DNA from: an uncultured virus (IMG/VR IMGVR_UViG_3300020454_000007)
Taxonomy: Duplodnaviria; Heunggongvirae; Uroviricota; Caudoviricetes
Length of the DNA stretch: 20,000 nt
Reading direction: 5' to 3' (one strand)
IMG/VR virus record: IMGVR_UViG_3300020454_000007
Both the position numbers and the translations under genes were made by a program. The notes below the pieces were generated by a model. The model was not told the DNA's origin. It was given only the letters and a program-made list of their open reading frames with translations, and ran no database searches. This document shows positions 15,717 to 20,000 of the stretch, piece by piece (the first letter of the stretch is position 1; each line of letters begins with the position of its first letter).

Positions 15717-16384
15717 CAGATATTACCCCGCTGCTCTTCGTAATACTCAAGGTCTTTAGCCCAGCTATCTCCAGCAAATTCGCTGTAGATGACTCGTCCG
15801 ATGTCACGGAACGAATTGTAGAAAAGCGTGACCTTATCAATGTCTTGCATTACTGGGTCAACGGGTGGCCCATAGACGATGACATTCCAAGTACTAGGAG
15901 AGACAGCTTCAAAGCCATCAGGTGTTGCACGCAGCTGCTTGACCCGTTTGAACGGGATGCAGACTGGATAGTCAAAGATTGCAGGGGCTGCACGCAGGAT
16001 CTCACTAGCGCTTGTGAAGAACACAAACGATTTAATATAGTTATTCCTGTACTCATTAATGGTCTTGTTAAACCAAATACGTGTGTTACGTACAGCTCCT
16101 TTGGGAGCAACAAACACGTTGCCATGCCAGTGCTCTTGTAGTGGATTGATCTCTATAGAAGGAACAGCAGTGCTGTCCACAAGTACTTGCTGAACGGGAT
16201 CAGAAGTAGGGTCAAAATCAATAGACCCCATAACAAAGCGTGCACGGTCAATGATCTGCGGTGTTGGATACAGAGGGAGCTTGAGACCAGAGTTCTTGAG
16301 CTTATTTTGTAAGTTCGTCTGTGATCTCTCGGAGGCTTTCTTGGCTCCTTCCTGCCTCGACACTAAATGTTCTTGTTCCTGCAT
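15716..16384 (-). CDS. Phage N6-adenine DNA methyltransferase-like protein lacking the NPPY motif
   Basis: YPTPQIIDRARFVMGSIDFDPTSD...WHGNVFV-APKG...WFNKTINEY..., with APKG where NPPY/F is expected. Start uncertain. Confidence 0.7.
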   Translation of the reverse strand: MQEQEHLVSRQEGAKKASERSQTNLQNKLKNSGLKLPLYPTPQIIDRARFVMGSIDFDPTSDPVQQVLVDSTAVPSIEINPLQEHWHGNVFVAPKGAVRNTRIWFNKTINEYRNNYIKSFVFFTSASEILRAAPAIFDYPVCIPFKRVKQLRATPDGFEAVSPSTWNVIVYGPPVDPVMQDIDKVTLFYNSFRDIGRVIYSEFAGDSWAKDLEYYEEQRGNI

Positions 16385-16724
16385 CTGAAATGATAGTTAG
16401 TAAGACGTTATCGTTCCAGGGATTCTCGTCTATCCGACACATCAGATCACGTAGAAAATCAGCAACGTCTTCATCTTCCTCTCGTTCCGCAGTAGCAATA
16501 TCCTTCTCAATTTCATGACCGCCCATGTAAGTGGTGCTGTCATTCTGGAGATTGATGATTAGTGACCCAGGTCCGTATGTAAGGAAGCCGTTGATAGCAA
16601 TGTTGATTAGATCGGTAAGGATCAGCTCAGCAGTTGCAGCCAGGAACTTTTGTTCCTTCTCCTTCTCATCTCCAAATTTATCAGATCTGAGCAGTTGATT
16701 TAGTAGATCAGTGCGTCGTGACAT
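16302..16724 (-). CDS. Hypothetical protein
   Basis: 140 aa, AAGAGAG upstream, in operon. Confidence 0.72.
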   Translation of the reverse strand: MSRRTDLLNQLLRSDKFGDEKEKEQKFLAATAELILTDLINIAINGFLTYGPGSLIINLQNDSTTYMGGHEIEKDIATAEREEDEDVADFLRDLMCRIDENPWNDNVLLTIISDAGTRTFSVEAGRSQESLREITDELTK

Positions 16725-16756
16725 AATATGAAACTCTCTTAATAAAATAAATGTTT

Positions 16757-17572
16757 TTAAAATTCATTGTGGGGTGACTCATCATCTTCTTCATTTTCAA
16801 CTGGCTTCCGATACATACCGGGATCGTCAGGTTCAAGTAAAGATGGATGATGTCCTCCCAATAGGTCTGTGATTACAGCTTGAAAGCGATCACCAAAGTC
16901 TGCATCAGTGTCAATCATCATCGCATTATGTGCGTCGATGCCTGCAGCTTCGTCGATCCGCTCTTGCTGCTTCATTGCCTCTTCAATCATATACTCTTGA
17001 ACTTGCTGCTTAAGAGTTTGAATCTGGATAGCTAGCTCAAAGGAATCAATATAGGATTCGTCGTCGACAAATACGCCAACGTTCTGAGGGATGAGATGAA
17101 AAGGATTACAGCAATACTTATTCCCACAAGTGGTCTTGACCCCGGCAAAGCCGAGATCGCCCCAACTAAACCACATAGCAACACGTTGAGGGTGATGCTG
17201 AGTGCTACTAGCAATTCCGTGACGACGCCAGGCGAACTGTGGTTGGCTAGTACGCTTGTTGATACATCCATTCCAATTCCAACATTCATCGGGACTCCTG
17301 ATATCGACTTGGGACCAGAACTTCAGGGCGCGTTGCCTGTACTTCTTAACTAGACGGTCAATGTCAAGAGACATCCGACCTTCACGTGCTGCTGCTACGC
17401 ATCTCACGCAAGCCTGGTGACTGTCGTAGCGCATTGAATGTGAAGAGAAGCGGCCAAGTGAATGACCGGAGTAGATACATAGCTCGCCCTCTTCTGCTGT
17501 GTTACTAAGCTTTAGGTTCCTACGCCCGTAGGCATGACCACCGCGCTTCTTAGCAGGCTGTGCTTCACTCAT
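16757..17572 (-). CDS. Zn-finger plus degenerate HNH (HNH_3-like) protein
   Basis: From ATG 17572: CIYSGH...RY....CVRC; KFWSQVD...ECWNWNG...RVAMW...VKTTCGNKYCCNPFHL; acidic C-terminus. Confidence 0.7.
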   Translation of the reverse strand: MSEAQPAKKRGGHAYGRRNLKLSNTAEEGELCIYSGHSLGRFSSHSMRYDSHQACVRCVAAAREGRMSLDIDRLVKKYRQRALKFWSQVDIRSPDECWNWNGCINKRTSQPQFAWRRHGIASSTQHHPQRVAMWFSWGDLGFAGVKTTCGNKYCCNPFHLIPQNVGVFVDDESYIDSFELAIQIQTLKQQVQEYMIEEAMKQQERIDEAAGIDAHNAMMIDTDADFGDRFQAVITDLLGGHHPSLLEPDDPGMYRKPVENEEDDESPHNEF

Positions 17573-17786
17573 TTGTATTTCCGTAGTTACCACCCAAAGC
17601 TACGTATTGATCTTCTATAGGAAGTTCTCGTAGCTGAGTGCTGATCATGTATTCGTAACGAGTACTGTTCTCATACTTAATGCGAACTAGTTTAGCTCGC
17701 GGTGTGTAGTATTCAGGTCGACCAACAACAAGTGCGGTCAGATCATTAGTGAGAACTTGTACTCGGGTACCAATTTGTAATGACAT
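17565..17786 (-). CDS. Small hypothetical protein (SH3/KOW-like pattern)
   Basis: 73 aa, LQIGTRVQV...VRIKYE. Confidence 0.65.
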   Translation of the reverse strand: MSLQIGTRVQVLTNDLTALVVGRPEYYTPRAKLVRIKYENSTRYEYMISTQLRELPIEDQYVALGGNYGNTNE

Positions 17787-17815
17787 TATAAGTCTTTCGT
17801 CTGGAAAGAATATAA

Positions 17816-19999
17816 CTAAAAGTCGTTAAGAATGTGATCTTCGTTGATAGGATCATCCTTCGGACGTAACCACAACCGCACCGACTTTGATTTACCTGTA
17901 ACAGGATCTTTGCGCGATGTATTTACACGACGCCAGCCAAGTGTCTGAAGAACGTCAACAACACGCTTAGCTTCACGTCTACCTTGCTGACGTGGGTCAA
18001 GATCCAAAGCAGAGGTGAGAACCTCAGCTGCAGTAACTTCTTCACGAAGATTGACGTACACACTGATCTTGTCAGTCCAAGGGTCAGGGTCGCCAAACTC
18101 AGCGATGTACTCAGAGATCTGAGCAATCTCGCCAGAGTTGAACTCGTAAGGAACACCTGCCTTGTATGCCTGCACTGCAGCAGCCCATAGAGCATCACGC
18201 TGTTGAGTGAGCAGCTTCCAAGGAATGAGGAAGCCTGAGCCAATTTCTAGTGGCACAAAACGACGGTTGCCTGTGCTGTCAACCAAGAACTGGTTGCGAT
18301 TGGTAGTACCAATCATTACGAACCGGCGATACAGTGACTCAGGTAAGGAGGCGTAAGGACGACGTACCTCATCAACACGAGTGGTAATCAAGTTCTTGAA
18401 GTTCTCGATGTTCTTTGTGTTGAAGAAGTGGTCAATCTCAGGTAGCTCCAGTAGCCAAGCAACGTGCAAGCGATATTGCTCTTTCATCAGCGTCTCTAGT
18501 GGAGTTGTGATTTCAGAGAAGAGCTTGTCCGGGACAAGGCAGCGGGAGAACATTGACTTACCTACACCCTGAGCACCGACGAGGATGGGCAGCCAGCTCA
18601 TAGAGCAGCCAGGGTTGAACGCCCTAGCGACTGCGCCAATCATCATCCGCTGCATAGCCAGCGTTGCTAAGTGATGTGGGTTACCAAGAAAGATTTCACC
18701 GATCTTGTCCCACTCAGCGAAAGCTGCATTGTCAGAAGCGCACCGTTCTAGATACGTACGGATAGGGCAATATCTATTTTTCTGTGCTGCGTACTGAACT
18801 GCAGCCTTGACACGCATCTCAGGAATGAATACGCCGTGCTCGCAAGACAACTTTGTGGTCATTAGATCCAGGTCGTTGCCCTGCATCTCCACGACTTTGC
18901 CTGACAAGTCGTTGTACTCGATTGCGCTGGTTAGTTCGTTCTTGCGCAGGTTGGATAATAATTCTTGGACTTTCTTCACATCGGACTCGCGTTCCTTTGC
19001 TAGGTCGTCCGAGGATTTTTTGGGACGACCGGGACGCTTTTTTACAGTTGGGGTACTGGTATCCGGTAGTGGCTCCGGTAGATCTTGTGCAAAATTTTGT
19101 TGATCTGTTTGTGTTGTCATCTTTGTTGGGGTATTAGTTTCGTTTTCAAATATGGGCAGAGCGTCAAACTCTGTATATCCCGCAGCTGTACCTTGGGCTC
19201 CGAACCTTAGGTGTGCTGGTAGAAGTCTTGTCCAGTTAAGATCTTGCTTCTTACACAGCGAATACAGTGTAGTGTGCCCTGCATAGTTGCCGAGACCTCG
19301 CCACTTCCACGCCTGGTAATTTTCTTCTTTACTACCGTGATGGCCACGTATGACCCAGTCAACCCAGTCGTCAAAGATCTCACCCCCTACGCCCGCACAA
19401 GCAGCCATAACAGGTAAGAAGTATATGTTGTACTCACCGTCGTCAGATGGCCTCAGAAAGTTCTGTAAGAGCCACTGACAGCGTTGAATGTCGATGGGTT
19501 CACACTCAGTTGCTTTGAAGTCAGTAAGTTCTTCGTACTCAATATTCTCAAGTAAGAAGTCCGGCACAGCTTGGAAGCTGTCGTTGTACTGAAACTCTGC
19601 TGCTGTATTGCCATACCAAAGACGCTCAGGCTTTTGACCGCAGTTGTCTTCTAGTTTCTCTAGTCCGAGATCTTGTAAGAGCCGGTCGACGATGAGCCAG
19701 TAAGCCCCTTTGTGTTGACCGATGGACACCATTTCCAGGGATAACGGAAACAACGCCCGAAATCTGTGACTGGTGGGACTGTGGCTGCTGCTGGTATAAG
19801 TAGCCGCACACCAAGATCTGGCCGTATGCGTTGCCCAAAATGCATCGAGAGTAGTGTCACCGTCAATGTCAAGAACAATGACGTTAGAGCCACGAGAGTT
19901 AGTAGTAAGTCGGTACCTGTCCTGGAAATGGGTTGCGCACCAGCCATAGCCTGATTTGACCCATCCTTCGAGCCATTGGATGTCTTCGTGGATATTGAG
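17816..19999 (-). CDS. AEP primase-polymerase / PriCT / VirE-family helicase (5' partial)
   Basis: Frame is open to the window end: VIVLDIDGD, YTSSSH and RFRALFPL (AEP motifs); Walker A GAQGVGKS, ELPEID, GTTNRNQFLVDSTGNRRF (VirE). Confidence 0.9.
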   Translation of the reverse strand, partial: LNIHEDIQWLEGWVKSGYGWCATHFQDRYRLTTNSRGSNVIVLDIDGDTTLDAFWATHTARSWCAATYTSSSHSPTSHRFRALFPLSLEMVSIGQHKGAYWLIVDRLLQDLGLEKLEDNCGQKPERLWYGNTAAEFQYNDSFQAVPDFLLENIEYEELTDFKATECEPIDIQRCQWLLQNFLRPSDDGEYNIYFLPVMAACAGVGGEIFDDWVDWVIRGHHGSKEENYQAWKWRGLGNYAGHTTLYSLCKKQDLNWTRLLPAHLRFGAQGTAAGYTEFDALPIFENETNTPTKMTTQTDQQNFAQDLPEPLPDTSTPTVKKRPGRPKKSSDDLAKERESDVKKVQELLSNLRKNELTSAIEYNDLSGKVVEMQGNDLDLMTTKLSCEHGVFIPEMRVKAAVQYAAQKNRYCPIRTYLERCASDNAAFAEWDKIGEIFLGNPHHLATLAMQRMMIGAVARAFNPGCSMSWLPILVGAQGVGKSMFSRCLVPDKLFSEITTPLETLMKEQYRLHVAWLLELPEIDHFFNTKNIENFKNLITTRVDEVRRPYASLPESLYRRFVMIGTTNRNQFLVDSTGNRRFVPLEIGSGFLIPWKLLTQQRDALWAAAVQAYKAGVPYEFNSGEIAQISEYIAEFGDPDPWTDKISVYVNLREEVTAAEVLTSALDLDPRQQGRREAKRVVDVLQTLGWRRVNTSRKDPVTGKSKSVRLWLRPKDDPINEDHILNDF

Positions 20000-20000
20000 C

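Noticed and set aside
17923..19954. Several short alternative-frame and antisense ORFs inside the primase-helicase (likewise inside psbA, polA and the fibres)
   Set aside because: No motifs or RBS; explained as shadows of long genes.

Overview
This window is part of a picocyanobacterial (Synechococcus/Prochlorococcus-type) tailed phage genome; I see no host DNA. Left (+ strand): end of a tail fibre with an S74 chaperone, a Gly-rich adhesin-like protein and a second S74 tail fibre, then a convergent GH19 endolysin. Middle: an attP-like tRNA-Ser 3' fragment in front of a tyrosine integrase, small membrane proteins, an origin-like intergenic region, an HNH nuclease overlapping an NblA-like gene, and an EndoVII-type endonuclease overlapping the end of psbA. 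The psbA C-terminus is unusually diverged. Right (mostly - strand): AEP/VirE primase-helicase, a family A DNA polymerase split into separate exonuclease and polymerase genes, a DUF3310 gene, and three apparently inactive enzyme homologues (dCMP deaminase, N6A methyltransferase, HNH). The most striking element is absent from the ORF track: an NtcA box overlapping a -10 element, then a glutamine (glnA-class) riboswitch, then a 54-aa YRGV/DUF4278-like peptide, just upstream of psbA. This copies the regulatory logic of host gifB. All family calls come from motif recognition by eye, not database searches.
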